From contig SFNQ01000020.1 of assembly GCA_004554165.1 (NCBI GenBank), positions 3,601 through 67,600 on the forward strand: DNA of 64,000 nucleotides, in the 5' to 3' direction. This stretch comes from Clostridiales bacterium. Lineage in GTDB: Bacteria > Bacillota > Clostridia > Christensenellales > CAG-138. This document shows, piece after piece, positions 27,003-36,237 of the stretch; positions within the stretch are counted from its first letter, which is position 1; each line of letters begins with the position of its first letter. The notes under the pieces are model-generated. The model worked only from the letters and a program-made list of their open reading frames with translations, ran no database searches and was not told the DNA's origin. Position numbers and translations under genes: made by a program.

Positions 27003-28486
27003 TGCGGAGCAAACTCGTTTACATCGCTGCCGCGCTCTGTATGCTGCTGTTATGCTTGGCGCTGCAAGGCCTGGAAGCTAAAACGGGACCGATGCGGGTT
27101 CACCAGCACCGGGTCTCCCCCGCTGCCCAAACGGCCAGCGCCGAAGCGGAGGAAGCGGGTTTTCGGACGCACCTGCCCATCGTTCGCCTGACGACCGGCG
27201 GGCGGGAGATTCCCGGCGCGCCCGTTCTGGAGGACGGCAAGTTTGCAGGCTATGCTACGGCGGAAAACGGCGCTACCGCCATAACGGCGGAGTTTGCGCT
27301 GATCGACAGCGGCTCCGGGGCAAATGCGCCGGAGGACAGGCCTGCGGTCTCCTCCCCTGCTACTGTGCGTTACCGGGGCAACTCCTCGCGTTTTTTTGAC
27401 AAAAAGTCCTACAGCATCCATCTGGTAACGGAACAGGGGCTTGAAAACCCGCTGGCGCTTTCCGGCATGGCTGCGCATGACGAGTGGGTTTTGAACGGCC
27501 CCTTTCTTGACCGGACGCTGCTTCGCAACTATCTCTGCATGAACATTGCCGGGGAAATCATGGACTATGCGCCAAATGTCCGCTACTGCGAGCTCTTTCT
27601 CGATGGCGCATATCAGGGGCTGTACCTGCTCATGGAGAGCGTCAGCCGCGGCGAGAACCGGATCAACATCGCAAAGCCCGGGCGCAACAGCAGCGTTACG
27701 GGCTATATCGTCCGTTTTGACCGAGCAGACAAGGGCGATCATGAGCTCAACAACTTTACAAGGTATACGTTCAGGGCCGAGGTTTCCGCTCTTGACGTGC
27801 GCTACCCCGGCAAAACGCTGATCAACGAGGCGCGCATGCACTATATCGAGCAGGATCTCAGCCACATTGAAAAGGTTCTCTACTCCTCTGAGCTGAGCGA
27901 CAGCAAAACCGGCGCCGCCAAATACCTCGACTACAGGGCTTTTGCCCAGTACTTTGTCATCAACGAATTTTTCCGCAACGTGGACGCAGGACGCTTTTCG
28001 ACCTATTATTTTAAGGAAGCGCGCGGAAAACTGAAGCCCTGCGTCTGGGACTTCAACAACGCCTGCGACAACTATATCGACTACATATGGGATGAAACGG
28101 GCTTCTCCATGCAGAACGCGCCCTGGTTCGGCGCGCTGCTCAGAGACCGCCATTTTGTTGCCACGGTGGTCGAAACCTACCGAGCGCTGCGGAAGGAGGT
28201 GCTGAGCGACGCCTACCTCATGCAGTACATGGACGAAACGCTGGCCTGGCTCGGCGACGCGCCTGCCCGCAATTACGGCGTCTGGGGCTGGGTTTTCGAT
28301 TTGAATCACCATAACGGCATGACCTATCTCACCCCGGCCGAACGCAACTATGAAAGCTATGATGAAGCCGTGCAGCAGCTGCGCGATTTCCTCACGGCGC
28401 GCGGCGCCTGGCTGGACGCGCACATCGATGCGCTGTTTCAATACTGCCACCCTTCCAAAAATACCGCCGGAGGAGATGGCGCATGA
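27002..28486 (+). CDS. CotH family protein (atypical kinase fold), N-terminally anchored/secreted
   Basis: TAATG overlap with the upstream gene. Hydrophobic N-terminus LVYIAAALCMLLLCLALQG. CotH-like stretches YRGNSSRFFDKKSYSIHL, LRNYLCMNI, YQGLYLLMES, FSTYYFKEARGKLKPCVWDFN. Confidence 0.75.
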   Translation: MRSKLVYIAAALCMLLLCLALQGLEAKTGPMRVHQHRVSPAAQTASAEAEEAGFRTHLPIVRLTTGGREIPGAPVLEDGKFAGYATAENGATAITAEFALIDSGSGANAPEDRPAVSSPATVRYRGNSSRFFDKKSYSIHLVTEQGLENPLALSGMAAHDEWVLNGPFLDRTLLRNYLCMNIAGEIMDYAPNVRYCELFLDGAYQGLYLLMESVSRGENRINIAKPGRNSSVTGYIVRFDRADKGDHELNNFTRYTFRAEVSALDVRYPGKTLINEARMHYIEQDLSHIEKVLYSSELSDSKTGAAKYLDYRAFAQYFVINEFFRNVDAGRFSTYYFKEARGKLKPCVWDFNNACDNYIDYIWDETGFSMQNAPWFGALLRDRHFVATVVETYRALRKEVLSDAYLMQYMDETLAWLGDAPARNYGVWGWVFDLNHHNGMTYLTPAERNYESYDEAVQQLRDFLTARGAWLDAHIDALFQYCHPSKNTAGGDGA

Positions 28487-30627
28487 AAAAATTTCTGATT
28501 TTCGCCGCAGCGGTTTCCCTCGTCCTGTTGGGGCTGCGCTACGCGGTCTTTTCTCTGGGCTGGTACGGCGATCTTTCGCCGGATACGCCGGTCACGGCCG
28601 CATTCTGGACGGAGGGAGACGCGCTGTATTACCGGGACGCCTCCGGCGTTGCCGCACCCTTTGTGATCCGCGGCGTGGAGCTGCCCGCCAGCATTCCCGG
28701 TCAGTACGGCTCGGACTACGCCATCGACGAGGAAACCTACCTGCGCTGGTTCTCCCTCATGCAGCAGATGGGCGCCAACACCATTCGCATTTACACGATT
28801 TATGACGACGGTTTTTACAACGCGCTCTATCGCTACAACGCGGGGCGGGAAACGCCGCTCTATCTCCTTCAGGGGATTCAGGTCTCCGAGGCTGCCAATG
28901 CTTCCGGCAGCGACGCCTATTCCAGGGCGTTTTTCGACGCGCTCCTGCAGGACGCAAGGTGCGCGGTGGATGTGATTCATGGCCGCAGGAACATTGTGCT
29001 CCGTCAGGCAACCGGCAGCGGCAGCTACCGCCGCGACGTCTCCCCCTATGTGCTGGGCTTCATCGTGGGCAACGAATGGAGCGCCGACACCATCGCCTAC
29101 ACGGATCATACCGAAAAGCATCCCTCTGCCTATTCCGGCGCCTACTTTCGCACCGCGGAGGGCGCGAGCCGTTTTGAGGTTCTGCTTGCGCGGGTGCTGG
29201 ATGCGCTTGCCGACTATGAAGCGGACAAGTACCATTCACAGCGTCTGTACGCCTTCCTGAATACGCCCGAAACCGACCCCTTTGCCTATGAAACGGTCTA
29301 TGCAAGGCAGCTTCACAAATTTTCCGTTGTGGACGCGGAGCATATCCTGCCTACGCAGCGCCTTGCGGGGGGCTATTTTGCGGCCTACCGGCTGTTTCCT
29401 TTCTGCGAGGACTTCTACTCCTGCTTTTCGGTGGAGCAGAAAGCCGCGCTCCGGGATATGCGAAAGGGTCTTGACACGCAAATGGCGTACGGCGGCTATC
29501 CCCAGCTTCTCAGCCGCTACCACAGCATGCCGGTGGCCATCATCGGCTACAGCGCCTCCTCCTCCCGCGGCGCGACCAACGAAGACGGCCCCTGCACCGA
29601 GGCGCAGCAGGGCGAGCGGCTGCTTTCCGCCTACCGGGATTTTCTCCGCGCAGGCTGTGCCGGCGCCTGCATCGATTCCTGGCAGGATGCCTGGGACCGG
29701 AGCTGCTGGAACACCGCCTATGCCGTAGACGGAAACGCGGCGAGGCTCTGGCACGACCTGCAGACGGAAACGCAGGGACAGGGTCTGCTGGCTTTTGATC
29801 CGGACGGCCAAACCGCCGGCTATCCCGACGGCGATCGTTCGGAATGGACGCCGGCCGACGTTGTGCTGGAAGAAAACGGGCTCAGGCTTTCCCTCCGATA
29901 CGATGCGCGCGGGCTTTCCCTCCTGATTGAGGGGGACGGGCTTACGCCCGATACGCCGCTGTATCTCCCCATTGACCTGACGCCGGTATCCGGCAGCATG
30001 CGCTCCGACAGCCCCGCGCTCTCCTTTTCCCGCGCAGCGGATTTCCTGCTTGTTCTCGGCGGCGGGGAAAGCCGGCTGCTGGTGCAGGCGCGCTATGAGT
30101 CGCTCCGCGCGGGCTTTCTCATGGAGACTGCGGGCGAAGACCCCTATGTCTCCTGCCCTGCCGCAGATGATCCGCGCTTTGTTCCCATCCGCATGATTCT
30201 TAAAAACACGGCGCTGGTCTCCGAGGATGCTTCTCCGGCGGAGATGGATGCGGCAAAGCGCTCCCCGACCTTTGAAACGGGCCTGTTAACCCGGGGCAAT
30301 GCCAACCCCGCCGCGCAGGACTATCACTCGCTGGCGGACTACTGCTATGGCCAAGGTTTTGTTGAGGTTCTCCTTCCCTGGCAGCTTCTCAACTTCCGCA
30401 ATCCCGCCGCCATGGAAATCCACGACGATTACTATGTGCATTACGGCGTGGAGGGCCGGCGCATCGACGCGCTCTACATCGGCATACAGGCCGGAACCGG
30501 TTCAACCCCCATCCCCATGGCCGGCTTCTCTCTGCGCGGCTGGGGCGAACCCGTCCGTTTTTATGAGCGGCTCAAAGACTCCTACTGGATTTTGCAGGAA
30601 GGCTGGGGTGGCGGCGATGCGGATTGA
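28483..30627 (+). CDS. Membrane-anchored 714-aa protein with a glycoside-hydrolase-like (beta/alpha)8 N-terminal region
   Basis: ATGA overlap, with GGAGGAG upstream. TM FLIFAAAVSLVLLGL. FVIRGVEL...MGANTIRIYTIYD...LYLLQGI resembles clan GH-A/GH72-type barrels. The remainder is unassigned. Confidence 0.55.
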   Translation: MKKFLIFAAAVSLVLLGLRYAVFSLGWYGDLSPDTPVTAAFWTEGDALYYRDASGVAAPFVIRGVELPASIPGQYGSDYAIDEETYLRWFSLMQQMGANTIRIYTIYDDGFYNALYRYNAGRETPLYLLQGIQVSEAANASGSDAYSRAFFDALLQDARCAVDVIHGRRNIVLRQATGSGSYRRDVSPYVLGFIVGNEWSADTIAYTDHTEKHPSAYSGAYFRTAEGASRFEVLLARVLDALADYEADKYHSQRLYAFLNTPETDPFAYETVYARQLHKFSVVDAEHILPTQRLAGGYFAAYRLFPFCEDFYSCFSVEQKAALRDMRKGLDTQMAYGGYPQLLSRYHSMPVAIIGYSASSSRGATNEDGPCTEAQQGERLLSAYRDFLRAGCAGACIDSWQDAWDRSCWNTAYAVDGNAARLWHDLQTETQGQGLLAFDPDGQTAGYPDGDRSEWTPADVVLEENGLRLSLRYDARGLSLLIEGDGLTPDTPLYLPIDLTPVSGSMRSDSPALSFSRAADFLLVLGGGESRLLVQARYESLRAGFLMETAGEDPYVSCPAADDPRFVPIRMILKNTALVSEDASPAEMDAAKRSPTFETGLLTRGNANPAAQDYHSLADYCYGQGFVEVLLPWQLLNFRNPAAMEIHDDYYVHYGVEGRRIDALYIGIQAGTGSTPIPMAGFSLRGWGEPVRFYERLKDSYWILQEGWGGGDAD

Positions 30628-31729
30628 GATTGAAAACATCATTTACTGGTATCTGTTCCTCTGCGTCGCGCTGCTGCTGTTTCACCTCGCCTATGTCCTC
30701 TTTTCAGGGCTGCGCGGCTATCGAAGCCAGCGCCTGACGGAGCGGTGGGCGGCGGAAATCGGGCGGCAGCTCAGCCTTCTCCGTGAGGGTTTCCCGGTTG
30801 AGCCGGCGCACCAGCGGCGGCTGCGTCGCACGCTTCGGCATGTTGAGCAGCTGATTTCCTATGCCGAAGCCCTCTCCTGCTGGCGCGGGCAGGAGCCCGG
30901 CCTTGTGCGGGACTACCTCTTTGCCAACTGTCCCGCCATGCAGGAGCTGGCCTTTGCCTATCAGGGAAGAGAGAGCATGGAGCGGGCTTACTTTGCCTAC
31001 TTCATCTCAAAAAACCAGCCCTGTGCCGGCGAGGAATACCATCCTCTGATGGGCGCGCTGCTCTCCTACCTCGAAAACTCCACCGTCTACTGCCGCCATC
31101 TGGTTCTTGAGGCGCTCTGCGCGCTTGGCAATGTGCAGGCAGTGGAAAAACTGCTGGCCAGCTTCAACGAGAACGCTTTCTTCCACCACCATAAGCTCCT
31201 CTCAGACGCGCTGCTGTCCTTTTCCGGCGACCGTGAAGCGCTGGCCGCGCGCCTCTGGGGCCACTGCGGCCAGTGGAACGTGAACCTTATGACCGCCGTA
31301 ATCGAGTTCATCTCCGGCTGCTCGGACGCCTATCAGAAACCCTTCTGCGCCCTGATTGTCTCCGGGCAGGCGGAGGCGGAGCTGCGGCTTGCGGCGCTGC
31401 GCTATTTCCGGCGCAGGCCCTACGCCCCCATGCGGCCGATTCTCCTGCAACTGCTTAAAAGCGGCGGTTCGGACGTGAACCTTGCCATCGTTGCAGCCTC
31501 CGTGCTGGATCGCTATCCGGGGCAGGACACCGTCGCCGCACTGAAGGCAGCGCTGTCCCACCCGAACTGGTATGTGCGCTACAACGCGGCGGGCTCCCTG
31601 GTTGCGCTCGGACAGACCGAGGCGAGCCTGAAGGACATTCTCGACGGACCCGACCGCTTTGCGCGGGAGATTCTCGCTTACCGGCTCGGAGAAGCCGCTG
31701 CGGCAAAGGAGGCGAAACAAACGGCATGA
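30617..31729 (+). CDS. Single-pass membrane protein with HEAT/PBS-lyase-like repeats
   Basis: Start trimmed to MRIEIENIIYWYLFLCVALLLFHLAYVLF (11-nt overlap with the upstream gene). HEAT-like HPNWYVRYNAAGSLVALG and VLEALCALGNVQAVEKL. Confidence 0.6.
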   Translation: MRIEIENIIYWYLFLCVALLLFHLAYVLFSGLRGYRSQRLTERWAAEIGRQLSLLREGFPVEPAHQRRLRRTLRHVEQLISYAEALSCWRGQEPGLVRDYLFANCPAMQELAFAYQGRESMERAYFAYFISKNQPCAGEEYHPLMGALLSYLENSTVYCRHLVLEALCALGNVQAVEKLLASFNENAFFHHHKLLSDALLSFSGDREALAARLWGHCGQWNVNLMTAVIEFISGCSDAYQKPFCALIVSGQAEAELRLAALRYFRRRPYAPMRPILLQLLKSGGSDVNLAIVAASVLDRYPGQDTVAALKAALSHPNWYVRYNAAGSLVALGQTEASLKDILDGPDRFAREILAYRLGEAAAAKEAKQTA

Positions 31730-33129
31730 TGCAGGCGCTGCAAACCTATCTGCACTATGTGGGCATCTTCTTTATCGTGTACCTCATTCTGTACGCTTCC
31801 TACCTGTTTCTTTCCGTGATTGAGGGCGCGCTCCAGCTTTACCTGCGCGACAGACGCCAGCGCGTCCACAACGAGCTCAAGCACGAGTTTTACCTGCCGG
31901 TTTCCGTCCTCATCCCGGCGCACAACGAGGAGGTTACCATCGTCGGCAGCGTGCGCTCGCTCCTCGAACTCAACTACCGTCTGTTCGAGATCATCGTCAT
32001 AGACGACGGTTCTTCCGATCAGACCGCAAAAGAGCTGATCGAGGCCTTTCATCTCGTCAGGATGGACCGGCCGCTCCATGTCCGCATCCCCTGCAAGCCG
32101 CTCAGGAGCATCTGGGAAGGCAGCGTGCGAGGTATCAAGCTCACCCTGGTGTGCAAGGAAAACGGCGGTAAGGGCGATGCGCTCAATATGGGCATCAACG
32201 CCTCTCGATATCCCTACTTTCTCTGCCTGGACGCGGACTCGCTGCTGCAGGCCGACTCGCTGGAAAAGATTATCCAGCCCGTGCTCGAAAACGACAGCGT
32301 GGTGGCCGTGGGCGGGCTTATCCGCATTGCGCAGTGCGTAAAAATGGAGCATGGCGCAGTGCAATCCTACCATCTCCCGTCCGACCTGATCACCTGCCTG
32401 CAGGTGGTCGAGTACGACCGCTCGTTTATGGCCTCCCGTATTCTGATGGACCGCTACAACGGAAACCTGATCATCTCCGGCGCCTTCGGCCTGTTTAAAA
32501 AGGATGTGGTCATCGCTGCGGGCGGCTACGATACGGATACGCTGGGCGAGGATATGGAGCTGGTGCTCAAGCTCCACATGTTCTGCCGCAACAACGGCCT
32601 CCCCTATTCCATCCGCTATGAGCCGAACGCCGTTTGCTGGAGCCAGGCGCCGTCCACGCTGCGCGATCTGGCAAAACAGCGCAGGCGCTGGCATCTGGGC
32701 CTGTTCCAGAGTCTGGTGAAGTACCGCGGTATCTTTGGCCGGCTGCGTTTTGGCCCTGTCAGCTATCTCTCGTATGTCTACTACCTTCTGTTTGAGCTGC
32801 TGTCGCCGATCATCGAGGTTTTTGGCATCGCCACCACCGTGCTTGCCGCTGCGGCGGGATTGCTGGACGTACCCTTTATGCTGCATTTTTTCGTGCTCTA
32901 CGCGGTCTACGGCGCTGTGCTGACCATGACGGCCTTCTGCCAGCGCATCTACACGCAAAACCTGCGGATTTCACTGGCCGATTCGCTGAAGGCAGCGCTG
33001 GTGTGCCTGCTGGAGAGCCTGTTCTTCCGCTATGTGCTCTCCTTTGTGCGCATGACGTCTTTTTTCGGCTACCGCAGCAAAAAGCGGCAGTGGGGTTCCA
33101 TACGGCGTATCCGGCAGAACGCGGAATAA
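31726..33129 (+). CDS. Processive family-2 glycosyltransferase (PNAG/cellulose-synthase-like)
   Basis: ATGA overlap, with AAAGGAGG upstream. VLIPAHNEE, IVIDDGSSD, LCLDADS, GEDMEL and QRRRWHLG (QxxRW). One N-terminal and several C-terminal TM helices. Confidence 0.85.
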   Translation: MMQALQTYLHYVGIFFIVYLILYASYLFLSVIEGALQLYLRDRRQRVHNELKHEFYLPVSVLIPAHNEEVTIVGSVRSLLELNYRLFEIIVIDDGSSDQTAKELIEAFHLVRMDRPLHVRIPCKPLRSIWEGSVRGIKLTLVCKENGGKGDALNMGINASRYPYFLCLDADSLLQADSLEKIIQPVLENDSVVAVGGLIRIAQCVKMEHGAVQSYHLPSDLITCLQVVEYDRSFMASRILMDRYNGNLIISGAFGLFKKDVVIAAGGYDTDTLGEDMELVLKLHMFCRNNGLPYSIRYEPNAVCWSQAPSTLRDLAKQRRRWHLGLFQSLVKYRGIFGRLRFGPVSYLSYVYYLLFELLSPIIEVFGIATTVLAAAAGLLDVPFMLHFFVLYAVYGAVLTMTAFCQRIYTQNLRISLADSLKAALVCLLESLFFRYVLSFVRMTSFFGYRSKKRQWGSIRRIRQNAE

Positions 33130-33213
33130 GCGCGCTGTTTTGCGTCATACTGAGCGTATCCCGCTTCCCTCCGGTTCGGAGCGTTCAATACCATACGAAA
33201 GGACATGATAACG

Positions 33214-34188
33214 ATGTGCACGGCTGTAAATTACAAAACGAAGGATCACTATTTTGGCCGAAATCTGGATTTGGAGCTTTCCTATGGCGAGACGGTCACC
33301 ATCACGCCGAGAAACTGTCCCTTTACGTTTCGCAGGGCCGCGCCGCTCAAAACGCACTATGCGCTGATCGGCATGGCGCTGCTTGTGGAGCAGTACCCGC
33401 TGTATTTTGACGCGACCAACGAAAAGGGTCTCAGCATGGCGGGTCTGAACTTCCCGGGCAACGCGGACTACAAGCCGGAGGCGCCGGGCAGGGACAACAT
33501 TACGCCCTTTGAATTCATCCCTTGGATTCTCGGCCAGTGCGCAAGCGTGGCAGAAGCGCGCCCCCTCCTTGACCGGCTGAACCTTGTAAAGATCGATTTC
33601 AGCCAGCAGTATCCGCTGTCGCCGCTGCACTGGATCCTTTCGGACCGCGATACGTCCATCACCGTCGAATCCGTTGCGGAGGGGTTAAAGGTGTACGACA
33701 ACCCCGTCGGCGTGCTGACGAACAACCCGACCTTTGATTACCACATGACCAACCTCAGCAACTACATGAACCTCACGCGGGAGTACCCGCAATCCCGCTT
33801 TGCACCCGGGTTTCCCCTCAAGCCCTACAGCCGCGGCATGGGCGGCATGGGACTGCCGGGCGATCTGTCCTCCGCCTCCCGCTTTGTGAAGGCTGCGTTC
33901 ACAAAGCTGAATTCCCTCTCCGGGGACTCGGAATCCGAGAGCGTCAGCCAGTTTTTCCATATTCTCGGTTCGGTGGCGCAGCAGCGCGGCTGCGTCGTCG
34001 TGGAAAACGGGGAATACGAATACACCATCTATTCCTCCTGCGTAAACACCGACCGGGGCGTGTATTACTACAAAACCTACGAAAACAGTCAGATTACGGC
34101 GGTCGATCTGCACCGGGAGAATCTCGAGGGCAAGGTTCCCGTCTCCTATCCCCTCTTCCATGAGCAGCGGTTTTACAGGCAAAACTGA
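33214..34188 (+). CDS. bsh: Choloylglycine (bile-salt) hydrolase, Ntn-hydrolase family
   Basis: ATG 33214 is chosen because AAAGGA lies 10 nt upstream and it places the catalytic Cys at position 2 (MCTAVNYKTKDHYFGRNLD). NNPTFDYHMTNL and GLPGD.SS.SRFV are also present. Confidence 0.85.
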   Translation: MCTAVNYKTKDHYFGRNLDLELSYGETVTITPRNCPFTFRRAAPLKTHYALIGMALLVEQYPLYFDATNEKGLSMAGLNFPGNADYKPEAPGRDNITPFEFIPWILGQCASVAEARPLLDRLNLVKIDFSQQYPLSPLHWILSDRDTSITVESVAEGLKVYDNPVGVLTNNPTFDYHMTNLSNYMNLTREYPQSRFAPGFPLKPYSRGMGGMGLPGDLSSASRFVKAAFTKLNSLSGDSESESVSQFFHILGSVAQQRGCVVVENGEYEYTIYSSCVNTDRGVYYYKTYENSQITAVDLHRENLEGKVPVSYPLFHEQRFYRQN

Positions 34189-34458
34189 GGCCTGCTTTGC
34201 GGAAGCGGCCCGCCGCGGCTGTCAATCGGAGAACACTTTTTTTGAACGGCAGCTTCGTCCTGCCGTTCTCCCTTGCCTGCGGGCCTTCCTTCCTGCTTCC
34301 GCTCCGGCCTGACGGCTTTCCCGCCGGGCGCCGTCAGCCCTGCGCCTTGATGCGGCCGGCTGCATTCCGGTGCAAGCGGCAATGCGCAGGCGAAGCGCCG
34401 GCTCTGACGCCAGCCCCCCTCCCTTTGTCGGCTTCCCGCCACAGTCTTATTCTTTCAC

Positions 34459-34487
34459 TTGCCTTGTCTGGTGCCTTGTTTTATAAT
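34459..34487 (+). promoter_or_regulatory. sigma-A-type promoter (-35 TTGCCT, 17-nt spacer, -10 TATAAT)
   Basis: TTGCCT at 34459-34464 and TATAAT at 34482-34487, about 95 nt upstream of the isochorismate synthase ATG. Confidence 0.5.
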
Positions 34488-34582
34488 TCACTTGTTTTCA
34501 GAAGGTCAAAACCGCGATGTCCCGGCCTGCGGCCGGGCCACAGACGATTGGATCAAAACAAAGCAATGCCCGGAGGAGCCCC

Positions 34583-36016
34583 ATGCATCAAATCACAGTA
34601 AACGGTAACGTAAGGAAGATCGATTATGAAATGAACGCCCTGAAAACGGGCCGTTGGGTCGAAGCCATTGCCGTGCAATACGCCGCCTGCTTTTCTGATC
34701 CCTCTTACCGAAGCGTATTCCTTTCCAAAAATCCGGATCGGGAAAACATGCTGATCGGCGCGGTGGGCAGGCTTATCGGCATGCGTGTGCGGGTTTGCCG
34801 CACAAAGCTGGAGGGCGCCGTGGACTACCGCGGAGAAACCGTATTCGCCTGCAGCGAAGAAAACGAAGAAAACACGGAAGGGTTTGACAGCCTCCCCTTT
34901 CAGAAAATTTTCGCGCTCTGCAACCGGCTGATGCGCAGCATAAAGGCTTATTTGCCCGGGGAATTGCAGGGTGTCCCCTTCCTTGGCGGCGTAAAAAGCA
35001 TTCTGCTGTGCGACGGGCCGCAGGACATGGTGGATTTCTATCTTCCGGAGCTGGCGGTGTTCGGCACGGAGAAGGACTTTCGCCTGTTTCACGCCGCGGG
35101 GCTTCCCGCAGACGAGCTGCTGGCCGTGGAGCCCGCCGCGCAGGTTTGCGCCCCTCCCGCGATCTGCCGCCGAAGTCTCGCGCCAACAAGGGAGGAGTAC
35201 CTCCGACGCATGGATGGCGTGATGAAAAAGCTGAAGGAAGGCGTCATCAAAAAGATCATCGTTGCGCGCAAATGTACCGTGGAAACAACAGCGCCCTTTG
35301 ATCCCTTCGGCTATGCGGAATACCTCATCGATCGGTTCTACCAGGAGTATTTCTATCTGTTCCGGCACGGGCCTGCGCAGCAATGGATCGGCATTACGCC
35401 GGAAAACCTGTTCAAGCAGCGGGGACGGCAGGTGATCACCATTCCTCTGGCCGGCACGATCCGAAAGACCGGCGACGCCGGGAGGGATGCGGCGGCGCTT
35501 GGGGAGGCGACGCCCGGCTCAAATCTTGTGATTGAGCACGAGAGCGCCCGCGACTTCATGGTTTCGCAGTTAAAAGCGGCAAACATCGGCAAGGTAATCC
35601 TGGCCCGCAGCAATGAGATTCTGGAAATGCCTTATGCCTACCACCTGATGAGCGAAATCCATGTGGAACTGGATGAAACCGCCACCTGCTTCGATCTGCT
35701 TGCCGCCATGTATCCGCCCGCTGCGGTTTGGGGTATTCCGGTCAACCGGATCGAGCCGGTCATTGCCGAGACGGAACCCTTTGCGCGCGAGTTTTATTCC
35801 GGCCTGTACGGATACTGGGATTTTCAGGGAAATGCAGACATTGCGCTGGTCATCCGCTCGGCAAAGCTGGACGCGGAGGACAGGCTTTCGGTCTATATCG
35901 GCAGCGGCATCATCGACTGCGCGGATCCGGAAGCGGAATGGTCGGAGACCGAGAGCAAAATGCAGCCGCTCGTGGGCTATTTCGCCAACAGCGCCGCCTG
36001 TTTTTCACAGGAATAG
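34583..36016 (+). CDS. Isochorismate synthase-like chorismate-binding enzyme
   Basis: Start trimmed to MHQITVNG, with GGAGGAG upstream. The C-terminal chorismate-binding pattern is present: PLAGTIRK, MYPPAAVWGIP, EPFAREFYSGLYGYW, LVIRSA, YIGSGIIDCADPEAEW. Confidence 0.75.
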   Translation: MHQITVNGNVRKIDYEMNALKTGRWVEAIAVQYAACFSDPSYRSVFLSKNPDRENMLIGAVGRLIGMRVRVCRTKLEGAVDYRGETVFACSEENEENTEGFDSLPFQKIFALCNRLMRSIKAYLPGELQGVPFLGGVKSILLCDGPQDMVDFYLPELAVFGTEKDFRLFHAAGLPADELLAVEPAAQVCAPPAICRRSLAPTREEYLRRMDGVMKKLKEGVIKKIIVARKCTVETTAPFDPFGYAEYLIDRFYQEYFYLFRHGPAQQWIGITPENLFKQRGRQVITIPLAGTIRKTGDAGRDAAALGEATPGSNLVIEHESARDFMVSQLKAANIGKVILARSNEILEMPYAYHLMSEIHVELDETATCFDLLAAMYPPAAVWGIPVNRIEPVIAETEPFAREFYSGLYGYWDFQGNADIALVIRSAKLDAEDRLSVYIGSGIIDCADPEAEWSETESKMQPLVGYFANSAACFSQE

Positions 36017-36127
36017 GTTCCAACGCCTCCCCCGCCGGCTTCCGGCGGCGGCGCCGATTCTCTCTGGGGAGCAGCCCGCGGGCGCAGGCGATCCGCTCCC
36101 ATGACTCTGTGTACGGCAAAGCGTTTC

Positions 36128-36162
36128 GGGAAGGCAAAAGCAATAGCGCCTTCCCCTTTTTA
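36128..36162 (+). terminator. rho-independent terminator
   Basis: GGGAAGGC (36128-36135) pairs with GCCTTCCC (36148-36155), followed by CTTTTTAT. Confidence 0.7.
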
Positions 36163-36237
36163 TCTGGTTTCCCACAGACGAAAGGTTCTCCCATGGTCCA
36201 TACCGGGCCTGCGGCGCCTTTTTCGTGGGCTGTGCAG

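Noticed and set aside
30299-30616. The long N-terminal extension of the HEAT-protein ORF. Similar extensions occur at 15248, 34517, 40331, 41175, 42744, 47719, 49412, 55140, 23062 and 5718.
   Set aside because: These extensions overlap the preceding gene or intergenic DNA in another frame, and they lack SD sites. Internal starts with GGAGG-type SDs, signal peptides or family-typical N-termini were preferred.
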